Positions 1 to 9,246 are shown, counted from the first letter of the stretch. The stretch is DNA of 64,000 nucleotides from Anaeromyxobacteraceae bacterium (GCA_032654565.1 JAULAX010000015.1:1216001-1280000); one strand, 5' to 3'. The notes: generated from the sequence alone by a model not told the origin. A program made the numbers and translations.

Positions 1-3
1 GTC

Positions 4-1038
4 ATGCAAACGATCACCGCCGCCGTCATCGGCGCCTCCGGCTACTCCGGGCTCGAGCTGACCCGCCTGCTGGCCCGCCACCCGCGGGTGCGGGTCACCG
101 CCCTCACCTCCGACCGCTGGGCCGGCGAGGCCGCCGGGGCCCGCCTGCCGCTCCCCGCCGCGGTGGCGGCGCTCCCCTACCTGCCGCTGGCCGGCAGCGA
201 GGCGGTGGACGCCGAGGTGGCCTTCCTGGCCACCCCCGCCGAGGTCTCGCACGAGCTGGCGCCGAAGCTGCTGGCCCGCGGCCTGCGCGTCGTCGACCTC
301 TCCGGCGCCTTCCGGCTGGCCGACGCCGCCGCCTACCCGGGCTGGTACGGCTTCACCCACCAGCACCCGGCGCTGCTGGCCGAGGCCCGCTACGGCCTTC
401 CCGAGCTGGCCCGGGCCCAGCTCGGCGGCGCCCGCCTGGTCACCAACCCCGGCTGCTACGCCACCGCCATCGCCCTGGCGGTGGCCCCGCTGGTGAAGAG
501 CGGCCTCTGCTCGGCCGCCGGCATCGCCGTCACCGGCCTCTCCGGCGTCAGCGGCGCCGGGCGCAAGGCCAGCGAGGAGTACAGCTTCGGCGAGGTGGAC
601 GAGGACCTGCGCGCCTACCGGATCGGCCGGCACCAGCACGTCCCGGAGATCGAGCAGACGGTGGCCCGCTTCGCCGGCGCCTGCGGCGGCCTCTCCTTCA
701 CGCCGGTGCTCATCCCCATCCGGCGCGGCATCCTGGCCTCCTGCGTGCTGCGGCTGGCCGGGAAGCCCAGCGCCGGTGACCTGGCCCAGGCCCTGGAGGC
801 CGCCTACGCCGGCGAGCCCTTCGTGAAGGTGCTGGCCGCCGACCGGGTGATGGTGAAGGACGTGGCCCGCACCAACCGCGCCCACGTCGGGGTGGCGCTC
901 GACGCCCGGGCCGGGGTGGCGGTGGCGGTCTCGGCCATCGACAACCTGGTCAAGGGGGCGGCCGGGCAGGCGGTGCAGGCCATGAACGCGGCGCTGGGCT
1001 GGCCCGAGGCCACCGGCCTCGACCTGCTGGGGGGCTGA
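4..1038 (+). CDS. argC: N-acetyl-gamma-glutamyl-phosphate reductase
   Basis: GASGYSG Rossmann motif, VVDLSGAFRL, catalytic NPGCYAT, SGVSGAGRK, DNLVKGAAGQAVQ. Confidence 0.97.
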   Translation: MQTITAAVIGASGYSGLELTRLLARHPRVRVTALTSDRWAGEAAGARLPLPAAVAALPYLPLAGSEAVDAEVAFLATPAEVSHELAPKLLARGLRVVDLSGAFRLADAAAYPGWYGFTHQHPALLAEARYGLPELARAQLGGARLVTNPGCYATAIALAVAPLVKSGLCSAAGIAVTGLSGVSGAGRKASEEYSFGEVDEDLRAYRIGRHQHVPEIEQTVARFAGACGGLSFTPVLIPIRRGILASCVLRLAGKPSAGDLAQALEAAYAGEPFVKVLAADRVMVKDVARTNRAHVGVALDARAGVAVAVSAIDNLVKGAAGQAVQAMNAALGWPEATGLDLLGG

Positions 1039-1105
1039 GCGTGCTCGCCTCGCCTCGGTCCCGGCGTTCTCGCCACGACCTCCTGCCTGGGGAAAGGCAC
1101 TCGTC

Positions 1106-3205
1106 ATGAAGATCCCTCGTGGCTTCCGCTTCGGCGGCGTGGCCTGCGGGCTGAAGCCGGCCCGGCGCGATCTCGCCCTCATCGTCTCCGACGTCCCGGC
1201 CGCCGGCGCCGGGGTCTTCACCGTCAACCGCGCCGCCGCCGCCCCGGTCCTCGACGCCCGCGGGCGGATGCCGGCCGAGGGGTTCCGCGCCGTGGTGGCC
1301 AACTCCGGCAACGCCAACGCCCTGACCGGCCCGGGCGGGCTCGACGACGTGCAGGTGATCCGCGGCGCGGTGGCCGACCTGCTCGGGGTGCAGAAGCGGG
1401 CGGTGCTGACCGCCTCCACCGGGGTCATCGGGGTGCGGCTGCCGGCCATGAAGGTGGTGACGGCGCTGCCCGGCCTGGTGGAGGGGCTCGGCGACCACGC
1501 CGACCACGCCGCCGAGGCCATCATGACCACCGACACCCGGCGCAAGCTGGCCTCGCGCGAGCTGGTGCTGGGGGGCAAGAACGCCACCGTCGCCTGCGTC
1601 GCCAAGGGCTCGGGCATGCTGGCCCCCCAGCTGGCCACCACCCTGGCCTTCGTGGTCACCGACGTGGCCATCACCCCCAGGCTGCTGCAGGAGGTGCTGG
1701 TCCGCGCCGTCCACGCCACCTTCAACATGCTGACGGTGGACGGCGAGATGTCCACCAACGACACCGTGCTGGTGCTGGCCAACGGCCTGGCCGGAAACCC
1801 GCGCCTGGCCGAGCCCTCGCCGGACCTGGCGCTCTTCGAGGCCGCCCTCACCGACCTGCTCGGCGAGCTGGCCCGGGCCATGGCCGCCGACGGCGAGGGG
1901 GCCACCAAGCTCTGCGAGGTGGTGGTGGCCGGCGCGCCCAGCGACGAGGCGGCCCGCGACGTGGCCCGGGCCATCGCCCACTCGCCGCTGGTGAAGGCCT
2001 CGCTCTTCGGCGCCGACCCCAACTGGGGGCGGGTGCTGGCCACGGTGGGGAGCCGGGCCGGCTCGCAGGGCTGGGACATCGACCCCTACAAGGCGCGGGT
2101 CTCGCTGCAGGGGGTGCTGGTCTTCACCGGCGGGGCCCCCACCGCCTTCGACGCCGAGTCGCTGCGGCTGCGGCTGCGCGAGCCGCGGGTGGACGTGCTG
2201 GTGGAGCTGGCCGACGGCGAGGCCCGGGCCACCGCCTGGGGCTGCGACCTCTCCTACGACTACGTGAAGATCAACGCCGACTACACCTCGATGATCGTGC
2301 AGACGCCCGACGGGATGATGGCCAAGGACGACAAGGTGGCCAACTACAGCCCGGCCTTCAAGCGGACGCTGCTGGTGGAGGCGCTCAAGTACATCGGCCA
2401 CTTCTCCGGGCAGATCGCGGTGATCAAGTACGGCGGCGCCGCCATGGTGAAGGAGAGCCTCAAGGTGGCCTTCGCCGAGGACATCGCCCTGCTCAAGAAG
2501 GTGGGGCTGAAGCCGGTGGTGATCCACGGCGGGGCGCTGGAGGTGACCCGCACCCTGGAGCAGCTGGGCGAGCGCTCCGAGTTCATCGACGGCATGCGGG
2601 TCACCGACGCCGCCAGCCTGCCGGTGGTGGAGATGGTGCTGACCGGCAAGGTGAACCAGGAGCTGGTGTCGCTGCTCAACGCCCGCAACGCCAACGCCGT
2701 GGGGCTGTCCGGCAAGGACGGCAAGCTGCTGCGCGCCGAGAGGCGCGGCCTGGAGAGCGGCGTCGACCTCGGCCTGGTGGGGCGGATCGTCGGGGTCAAC
2801 AAGCAGTTCCTCGAGCTGCTGCTCGACGGCGGCTACGTGCCGGTGATCTCGCCCATCGGCATCGCCGAGGACGGCACCGGCCTCTCCATCAACGCCGACG
2901 AGGTGGCCTCGGCGGTGGCGGCGGCGCTGGGGGCCAGGAAGCTCATCTACCTGACCGACGTGCCCGGGGTGCTGGAGTCGGCGCCCGACGGGGCGCTGAT
3001 CCGCCAGATCACCGGCGCCGAGCTGCGGCGGCGGGTGGAGGCCGGGGCCATCACCGGCGGCATGACCTGGAAGGTGGAGGCCATCGAGGCGGCGCTGGAC
3101 GGGGGCGTGGAGCGGGTCCACGTCCTCGACGGCCGGCAGCCGCACACCGTCATCGCCGAGCTCTTCACAGACCGCGGCGTGGGCACGCTGGTGACCCGGT
3201 CATGA
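1106..3205 (+). CDS. argJ: Fused ornithine acetyltransferase (ArgJ) - acetylglutamate kinase (ArgB)
   Basis: N-terminal ~395 aa carry ArgJ motifs (NSGNANA, STGVIG, AIMTTDT, KGSGM..ATTL, STND, DGEGATK, DPNWGR, WGCDLSYDYVKINADY). C-terminal ~300 aa carry NAGK motifs (VIKYGG, HGG, GMRVTD, GLSGKDG, INAD, LTDVPG, ELFTDRGVGT). One uninterrupted ORF. Confidence 0.93.
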   Translation: MKIPRGFRFGGVACGLKPARRDLALIVSDVPAAGAGVFTVNRAAAAPVLDARGRMPAEGFRAVVANSGNANALTGPGGLDDVQVIRGAVADLLGVQKRAVLTASTGVIGVRLPAMKVVTALPGLVEGLGDHADHAAEAIMTTDTRRKLASRELVLGGKNATVACVAKGSGMLAPQLATTLAFVVTDVAITPRLLQEVLVRAVHATFNMLTVDGEMSTNDTVLVLANGLAGNPRLAEPSPDLALFEAALTDLLGELARAMAADGEGATKLCEVVVAGAPSDEAARDVARAIAHSPLVKASLFGADPNWGRVLATVGSRAGSQGWDIDPYKARVSLQGVLVFTGGAPTAFDAESLRLRLREPRVDVLVELADGEARATAWGCDLSYDYVKINADYTSMIVQTPDGMMAKDDKVANYSPAFKRTLLVEALKYIGHFSGQIAVIKYGGAAMVKESLKVAFAEDIALLKKVGLKPVVIHGGALEVTRTLEQLGERSEFIDGMRVTDAASLPVVEMVLTGKVNQELVSLLNARNANAVGLSGKDGKLLRAERRGLESGVDLGLVGRIVGVNKQFLELLLDGGYVPVISPIGIAEDGTGLSINADEVASAVAAALGARKLIYLTDVPGVLESAPDGALIRQITGAELRRRVEAGAITGGMTWKVEAIEAALDGGVERVHVLDGRQPHTVIAELFTDRGVGTLVTRS

Positions 3206-3676
3206 TGACCAGCGAGGCGCGCCGGCAGGCGGTGGCCCGCATCCTCACCGGGCGGCGCATCGCCACCCAGGAGGCGCTGCTCTCGGCGCTGCGGCGCGAG
3301 GGGTTCCGGGCCACCCAGGCCACGCTCTCGCGGGACCTGACCCGGCTCGGGGCCCGCCGGGTCTCGCGGCCGGACGGGGCCTGGTACGAGGTGGAGGGCG
3401 GGGCGGCGGAGCAGCGGGCCGCGGCGCTGCGCGGGCTGGTGCTGGGGATCGAGGCCAACGCCTCGCTGGCGGTGATCCGCACCGCGGTCGGCGCCGCCTC
3501 GGCGGTGGCCCGATTCCATCGACGACGCCCGGCTGGCCGAGGTGCTCGGCACCATCGCCGGCGACGACACCATCTTCGTGGCCCCGGCCGCGGGGGTGAC
3601 GCCGCGGAGGCTGGCGGCGCGGCTCGGCGAGGCGCTGGGGGTGGGCGCCCACCCGGGCGGGCCGACCCACCGCTGA
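3202..3676 (+). pseudogene. argR: Arginine repressor with a +1 frameshift near 3514-3517 (real lesion or sequencing error)
   Basis: N-terminal TQEAL..TQATLSRDL winged helix in the 3202 frame. The C-terminal IDD..VLGTIAGDDTIFV arginine-binding motif reads in the +1 frame from 3518 to TGA at 3674-3676. Confidence 0.88.
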
Positions 3677-3716
3677 GAGGCCGCCGGGTCCCTGGCCGGC
3701 TCGATCGCCGCGGGCC

Positions 3717-3740
3717 GATGTCGTCACGCGTGATGACATC
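3717..3740. promoter_or_regulatory. 24-bp near-perfect palindrome, candidate operator or hairpin
   Basis: GATGTCGTCACG/CGTGATGACATC (1 mismatch), intergenic, ~110 bp upstream of the cytochrome b gene. Confidence 0.45.
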
Positions 3741-3848
3741 CGGTCGCGCCGCGCACCTGCCTCGGCCCCGGCCCCGGCCCCGGAATGGCCCCGAACCAGG
3801 CCCGGCCGGGAGGTGGCGGCGCTCCGGCAGACGCACTAACCTCAGGCC

Positions 3849-4583
3849 ATGTCGCCGTCGACCATCCGCACCTGGGACCTCCCCACCCGGCTCTTCCACT
3901 GGACGCTGGCCGGGCTCTTCGTCGGCGCCTTCGCCGTCGCCCACCTGGCCGACGAGCACACCCCGGCCTTCGCCATCCACATGGTGCTCGGGCTCATCCT
4001 GCTGGCCGCCCTGGCCTTCCGCCTGGCCTGGGGGGTGGTCGGCTCGCGCCACGCCCGCTTCGGCGCCTTCCTCTACTCGCCGGCGGCGCTGGTCGGCTAC
4101 CTGAAGGACGCCTTCGCCGGCCGCGACCGGCCCACCCCCGGCCACAACCCCGGGTCCAGCTGGGCCATCTACGGGATGCTCCTGCTCCCGCTGGCGCTGG
4201 TCACCACCGGCGTCCTGGCGCAGCCGAAGCGCGAGCTCTTCGAGGACCTCCACGGCGCCCTCGGCTGGGTGATGCTGGCGGCGGTGGCGGCCCACCTGGC
4301 CGGGCTGGCCTTCCACACCTGGCGCCACCGCGAGAACATCGCCCTCTCCATGATCACCGGGCAGCGGCGCGGCGAGCCGGAGCAGGCCATCGGCTCCTCC
4401 CACCCGGTGGCGGCGCTGGTCTTCCTGGTGGTGGTGGGGGGCTGGGCGACGGTGGTGCTGCGCGGCCACGACCCGGTCGCCAAGGTGGTGCGGGTCCCCG
4501 CCCTCGGCCTCACCTTCCCGGTGGCGCAGAAGCCCCCCGAAGGCCCCCACGGCGACCGCGACGGCGACGACGACGGCGACTGA
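3849..4583 (+). CDS. Cytochrome b/b6-domain (Ni-hydrogenase CytB-like) membrane protein
   Basis: WDLPTRLFHW, FRLAWG..GSRHARF, GHNP, heme-ligand His residues in TM helices, ENIALSMITG. Confidence 0.9.
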   Translation: MSPSTIRTWDLPTRLFHWTLAGLFVGAFAVAHLADEHTPAFAIHMVLGLILLAALAFRLAWGVVGSRHARFGAFLYSPAALVGYLKDAFAGRDRPTPGHNPGSSWAIYGMLLLPLALVTTGVLAQPKRELFEDLHGALGWVMLAAVAAHLAGLAFHTWRHRENIALSMITGQRRGEPEQAIGSSHPVAALVFLVVVGGWATVVLRGHDPVAKVVRVPALGLTFPVAQKPPEGPHGDRDGDDDGD

Positions 4584-4610
4584 CGCGCCCCCCGGGGCGG
4601 CGAGCCCCGG

Positions 4611-5834
4611 CTACACCGCCCCGACCGCCGAGACCCGCTTCCACTCGGCGAAGGAGCGGGCCACGCAGTCCTCGATGGCCAGCCCGTCGAAGTAGTTCCC
4701 GGTCAGCATGAGCCGCCCCCCGGCCAGGTGGTGGTCGAGGTCGGCGACGATGCCGCCGTGCCCCAGCGCCGGCGAGGGGAGGGTGGCGCTCCGCTCGGCG
4801 AGGTGGAGCAGGTCGGCCTCGGTCACCTTCAGCACCTCCAGCGCCCGCCCCAGCCGCTCGGCCCGGGTCAGCCCGGGCCGGAAGTGGAAGGCGAAGCCGC
4901 GGCGGGCCGGGTCCGGGAAGGGGTCGCGGGTCACGCAGGAGAAGAACAGGTCGTCCATCGGCACCAGGAAGGCGCACGCCGGCATCCAGGCCTTCTCCCG
5001 CGGCAGCACCACGCCCAGGCTGTCCACCGTCACGGTGCCGATGCTGGAGAGGTGGGAGGCCAGCTCGCCGAACTGCGGGCGCAGCAGCGCCGCCGCGGCG
5101 TCGGGGGCGATGGCCAGCGCCAGCGCCGGCGCCAGGAGGGTGCGGCCGTCGCTGGTGGTCACCGCGAAGCCGTCGGACCGCCGGGCCACCGCCTGCACGC
5201 CCACGCCGGTCTCCACCGAGAGGCCGGGGGCCCGGGCGGCGGCGTCGGCCACCACCTGCAGCCCGCCCTCGAAGCCGAACGACTTGACGAAGTCCTGCCG
5301 CCGCGGCCGCTTCTTGAAGAGCGAGCCGGGGCCGGAGAGCGGGAAGCCGTCGGCCCGCTGCGAGGGGACCGCCGAGAGGAACGGCCCCAGCACCCGGTCG
5401 TAGTTGCCGCGCCCCAGCAGGCGGGAGAAGCGGGAGTAGATGGTCTGCCCCTCCTTGGAGGAGAGCAGCCCCACCGGCAGGTGGAGCGCCGCCTCCAGCC
5501 AGTTGAGCTGCAGCAGCACGCCGGGCGGGGTCATCCAGTGGTACTGGCCGTGCGAGAGCAGCCCCATGTGGGCGCGGGCCGGGCCGCGCTCGCGCACCTG
5601 CCCGGCCATGCCGGCGCCGACCACCACGTCGAGGAAGGCGGCGTAGGAGTTGTAGGTGGTGTGGGCGCCCAGCTCGAACCAGAAGCCGTCGGCGGTCCGC
5701 TCGGAGTGGAGGCAGCCCCCCAGCCGCCCCGACCGCTCCAGCAGCAGCACCCGGCGGCCGTCCTGCGCCGCCTTCCAGGCCAGCGACAGCCCGCTGATGC
5801 CGCCGCCCACCACCAGCACGTCGTGTGAAGCCAT
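4611..5834 (-). CDS. FAD-dependent oxidoreductase, protoporphyrinogen/coproporphyrinogen oxidase (HemY)-like
   Basis: VVGGGISGL, E..GRLGG, FELGAH, C-terminal GNYFDGLAIEDCV. Confidence 0.8.
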   Translation of the reverse strand: MASHDVLVVGGGISGLSLAWKAAQDGRRVLLLERSGRLGGCLHSERTADGFWFELGAHTTYNSYAAFLDVVVGAGMAGQVRERGPARAHMGLLSHGQYHWMTPPGVLLQLNWLEAALHLPVGLLSSKEGQTIYSRFSRLLGRGNYDRVLGPFLSAVPSQRADGFPLSGPGSLFKKRPRRQDFVKSFGFEGGLQVVADAAARAPGLSVETGVGVQAVARRSDGFAVTTSDGRTLLAPALALAIAPDAAAALLRPQFGELASHLSSIGTVTVDSLGVVLPREKAWMPACAFLVPMDDLFFSCVTRDPFPDPARRGFAFHFRPGLTRAERLGRALEVLKVTEADLLHLAERSATLPSPALGHGGIVADLDHHLAGGRLMLTGNYFDGLAIEDCVARSFAEWKRVSAVGAV

Positions 5835-6068
5835 GTCGTCCGCGATCCGTTCCTGGCTCGCCGTGGAGCCGGCGAGAGGGGGACGATCTAGGCACCGATC
5901 GGCCCGCTGATCCAGAGGGGCGGGCGGTGACCCGGGGGGCGCGGCCGGCCCACGGCGCGGTGCGGCGTCGGGTCGCCGTCCGCTCGCGGGCCCCCGGAAT
6001 CACTGGCCTCGTCACCGCCGGTCGACTTTCTCCTTGCCGCCCCAGCCCGGCCCGGCCAAGGATGGCGA

Positions 6069-6953
6069 ATGCGCCTCCGCCTCGGCTTCATCGGGCTCGG
6101 AACCATGGGCGGGCCCGTCGCCAACAACCTGCGCAAGGCAGGTCATGAGCTGGTGGTCTGGACCAGGACACCGTCCAGCGCCGACACCCTGGTGAAGAAG
6201 GGGGCGACCCGGGCCGACACGCCGCGCGCCTGCGCCGCCGGCCGCGACGCCGTCTTCATCTGCCTCACCGACGACCAGGCCAACGACGCCGTGCTCGACG
6301 GCCCCGACGGGGTGCTGGCCGGCCTCGGAAAGGGGGCGGTGCTGGTCGACCTCGGCACCTCCGGCACCCGCTCCACCCGCGCCATCGGCGAGCGGGTGAC
6401 CAGGCAGGGCGGCCTCTTCGTGGCCGCGCCGGTGCTCGGCTCGCGCGCCGCCGCCGAGAAGGCGCAGCTGGTGGTGGTGGCCGGCGGGCCGCCTGAGGCG
6501 CTGGCCCGGGTCCGCCCGGCGCTCCACGCCATCGGCGCCCGGCTCTTCGAGCTCGACACCGCGGTCCACGCCTCGCTCACCAAGCTCTGCATCGCCGTGG
6601 TCGGGGCGGCCATGGCCACCGGCCTGGGGGAGGCGCTGACGCTGGGCGCCTCCGGCGGGCTCGACCCGGCCAAGGTGCTGGAGGTGCTGCAGGCCTCCGG
6701 CTTCCACTCCCCGTTCCACCTGATGAAGGGGGAGCAGATGCTGGCCGGCGACTACGCGCCGCGGGTGGCGGCCCGGCTGGTGGAGAAGGACCAGCGGCTG
6801 GCGCAGGAGGCGGCGGGCGAGCAGGGGGCCCGGCTGCCGGTCAACGCGGCGGCGCGCAAGCTGCTGGCCGACGCGGTGGCCTCGGGGCGCGGCGACCAGG
6901 ACCTGGCGGTGGTGGCCGACCTGCTCTTCGAGTGGGCGCAGGTGAAGCGCTAA
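6069..6953 (+). CDS. NAD(P)-dependent beta-hydroxyacid (3-hydroxyisobutyrate-type) dehydrogenase
   Basis: GFIGLGTMG, APVLGS, catalytic KL, KDQRLA. Confidence 0.9.
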   Translation: MRLRLGFIGLGTMGGPVANNLRKAGHELVVWTRTPSSADTLVKKGATRADTPRACAAGRDAVFICLTDDQANDAVLDGPDGVLAGLGKGAVLVDLGTSGTRSTRAIGERVTRQGGLFVAAPVLGSRAAAEKAQLVVVAGGPPEALARVRPALHAIGARLFELDTAVHASLTKLCIAVVGAAMATGLGEALTLGASGGLDPAKVLEVLQASGFHSPFHLMKGEQMLAGDYAPRVAARLVEKDQRLAQEAAGEQGARLPVNAAARKLLADAVASGRGDQDLAVVADLLFEWAQVKR

Positions 6954-6955
6954 TC

Positions 6956-6975
6956 GCGCGGGCTTCAGCCCGCGC
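6956..6975. terminator. Hairpin between convergent genes (probable terminator)
   Basis: GCGCGGGC-TTCA-GCCCGCGC perfect 8-bp stem just after the TAA at 6951-6953. Confidence 0.55.
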
Positions 6976-7036
6976 AACCCGTCCAGGGGAGCACGGTGGC
7001 GCTTCTCCCGCTCCTCGGGTGCGACGGGTGTCGCTC

Positions 7037-8248
7037 CTAGGCGTACCTGGCCAGCGCCTTCTTGACCGCTTCTTCAAAGTGCCTGGCCGCCGCCGCCGGC
7101 CCGATCACCTCGGCGCCGCCGCCGAAGGAGAGGGCGAAGCGGGTGGCCCACTCCTCCGACACCCCCTTCAGCACCACCACCGCGCCGCCGTCGTCGGTCC
7201 GCTTCACCAGCTCCATGCCCCCGGGGCGGGCCAGCGCCCAGGCCGCCGCCAGCGGATCGAGCCGCACCCGGATCCCCTCGCCGGTCGGCTCGGAGAAGAG
7301 CCGGGCCCGGGCCAGCTCGGCGTCGGAGGGGGGCTCGAAGACCTGGTCGGTGAGCGCGCACTCGCTGATCCGGTCGATGCGGAAGGCCAGCGGCTTGGCG
7401 CGCGCGGCGTCGTGGCCGTAGAGGTACCAGTGGCCCAGCCGCTGGGCCAGCGTGTAGGGGTGCACGGTGCGCACCGCCTCGGTGTCCGACGACGCCGAGA
7501 GGTAGGTGATGGCCACGGCGCGCCGCTCGGCGATGGCCCGCTGCAGCCGCCCCAGCACCGAGCCGCGGGCCGGCGGGGCCCCGGCGTAGATGCGGTCCAC
7601 CAGCTCGTCGAAGGAGGCGCGCCGGTCGCGCGGCACCGAGTCGCGCAGCGCCTTGACGGCCCGCTCCCGCCCCTCGCCGCCCAGGGCGTTGGCGGCCGCG
7701 GCCAGCGCCGCCGCCTCGCTCTCGGTGAAGCGGGGCGGGCGGATGAAGCTCTGGTGCAGCGCCACGTGGACCCGGTCCCCCTCCACGTAGAGGTCGAGGA
7801 AGTCGTCGGGGGCGAAGGGGGGCGAGCCCACCTCCATGAGGAAGTCGAGGTCCTCGAGCAGCTCCGACTCGGTGACGCCGCAGCGGCGGGCCAGCTCGCG
7901 GACGTGGATGCCGGGGTGCTGCACGGCGAAGGGGACCAGGAAGAGCACCCGCCGCAGCCGCTCGCGCGGGTCGTTCCGGCCGGCCTCGGCCTCGCGGCGG
8001 GGGGTGGGCGGCGCCGCGGCGCCGGGGGCCGGGCCCGGCGGGGCCGTGGGTCGTGCCCTGGGTGCGGCGCGGACCGGGGCGCCTGGCGGGGCGCTGGGAC
8101 GTGGCTTCGGAGCGGCCGTGGCCGCGGGACGGGTCGCGGCCCGGGTCTTCACCGCGGACTTCGACCTCGGCGCCAGGCCGGCCCGGGTCGAGGCCCCGCC
8201 GGCCCGGGCCCGCTTGGCCGCGGCCGGTCGCCGCCTGGCCGCGCTCAC
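7037..8248 (-). CDS. WYL-domain transcriptional regulator, PafC-like, with basic Pro/Ala/Arg-rich N-terminal extension
   Basis: RLRRVLFLVPF..HPG..ELARRCGV..L.EDL HTH as in PafC, RPPRFT..EA, R.VHPY..GHWYL..D..FRIDRI WYL domain, WCX tail. GTG at 8248 overlaps the upstream stop (GTGA). Confidence 0.88.
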   Translation of the reverse strand: MSAARRRPAAAKRARAGGASTRAGLAPRSKSAVKTRAATRPAATAAPKPRPSAPPGAPVRAAPRARPTAPPGPAPGAAAPPTPRREAEAGRNDPRERLRRVLFLVPFAVQHPGIHVRELARRCGVTESELLEDLDFLMEVGSPPFAPDDFLDLYVEGDRVHVALHQSFIRPPRFTESEAAALAAAANALGGEGRERAVKALRDSVPRDRRASFDELVDRIYAGAPPARGSVLGRLQRAIAERRAVAITYLSASSDTEAVRTVHPYTLAQRLGHWYLYGHDAARAKPLAFRIDRISECALTDQVFEPPSDAELARARLFSEPTGEGIRVRLDPLAAAWALARPGGMELVKRTDDGGAVVVLKGVSEEWATRFALSFGGGAEVIGPAAAARHFEEAVKKALARYA

Positions 8249-9246
8249 CCGCCCCTCCGGGCCAGGTCGGCGAGGATGGCGCGGGCCCGCTCGCGCAGCG
8301 GCTTCGGCGAGAGCAGCTCGGCCCGGTCGCCCAGGGAGAGCACGTGGCGCACCAGCCCCTCGCCGTTGGTGGCGTCGAGCTCGATCACCGTGGCGGCGCC
8401 GTCCTCCTTGCGCAGGGCCCGCGGGCCGAAGCTGGCCAGCACCTCGGGCGAGACCGGCGGCTCCAGCCGGATCCGGGCCCGCTGCGGGGCGTGGACGGTG
8501 AACTCCCAGGTCTCGCGGGTGGCCACCTCGGCCAGCGGCAGGTCCTTGCGCGGGGTGAAGTCGGGGGTGCGCGGGGCCTTCTGGTTGACGGTGAGCTGCT
8601 CGATCCGGGCCAGGTGGAAGGTGCGCTGGGCCCGGCGCAGGTGGCACCAGCCGGTGAGGAACCAGGCGCCCCCCTTCTGGAAGAGGCCGTAGGGGTCGAC
8701 CTCCCGCTCGGTGCGGGCCCGCCGCTCGGCCCCGGCGTAGCCGAGCCGCACCCGCTTCTTCAGGGCCACCGCCCGGGAGAGCTCCTCGAGCAGCGAGGTG
8801 CCGGCCCCCGCCGCGTCGGGGCGGGAGAGGTGGGTGGTGGCCAGCGCCGCCGCCTCCGAGGCGCCCGGGGCCCGCGCCGCGAAGCTCAGCTTGTTCATGG
8901 CGTGGGCGAGATCGCGGGAGTAGGGGAAGGCCCCGGAGGCCAGCGCCGCCGAGCCGGCCACGTAGAGCATGGCCAGGTCCTCGGGCGGCAGCTTCAGGTC
9001 GGGCAGGTAGAACTCGTCGCGGTCGATCAGGTAGCCGGCGGCCTGGTCCTCGTCCCCCGCCTCGTAGCGGATGGGGATGGCCAGCTCCAGCAGGTCGGCC
9101 TTGTCGCGCTCGAACTTGCGGATGGCGGCCTCGCCGGTGCCGCCGTAGTCCTCGGCGAACTGCTCCTGGATCTCGCGCCAGGAGACCGGCTCCGCGGCGC
9201 GCAGGAGGAACGCCGCCAGGTCGAGTAAACGCGCCGCTTTCTGCAC
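8245..9246 (-). CDS. WYL-domain transcriptional regulator, PafB-like
   Basis: KAARLLDL..LL, RKFERDKADL..L (PafB-type wHTH), REVDPYGL..WFLTGWCHLR..RTFHLARI; GTG start at 9246. Confidence 0.9.
   Translation of the reverse strand: MQKAARLLDLAAFLLRAAEPVSWREIQEQFAEDYGGTGEAAIRKFERDKADLLELAIPIRYEAGDEDQAAGYLIDRDEFYLPDLKLPPEDLAMLYVAGSAALASGAFPYSRDLAHAMNKLSFAARAPGASEAAALATTHLSRPDAAGAGTSLLEELSRAVALKKRVRLGYAGAERRARTEREVDPYGLFQKGGAWFLTGWCHLRRAQRTFHLARIEQLTVNQKAPRTPDFTPRKDLPLAEVATRETWEFTVHAPQRARIRLEPPVSPEVLASFGPRALRKEDGAATVIELDATNGEGLVRHVLSLGDRAELLSPKPLRERARAILADLARRGG

Noticed and set aside
3202..4104. 300-aa ORF as an extended ArgR
   Set aside because: The tail is out-of-frame read-through after the frameshift; the true ArgR C-terminus is in the +1 frame.
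3849..5834. Cytochrome b and HemY-like genes as a functional unit
   Set aside because: They are convergent and show no sign of shared regulation; the heme link may be coincidental.
7037..9246. WYL pair as a marker of an anti-phage defence island
   Set aside because: The neighbours are housekeeping genes and one IS; no nuclease, BREX, CBASS or Cas genes are visible.
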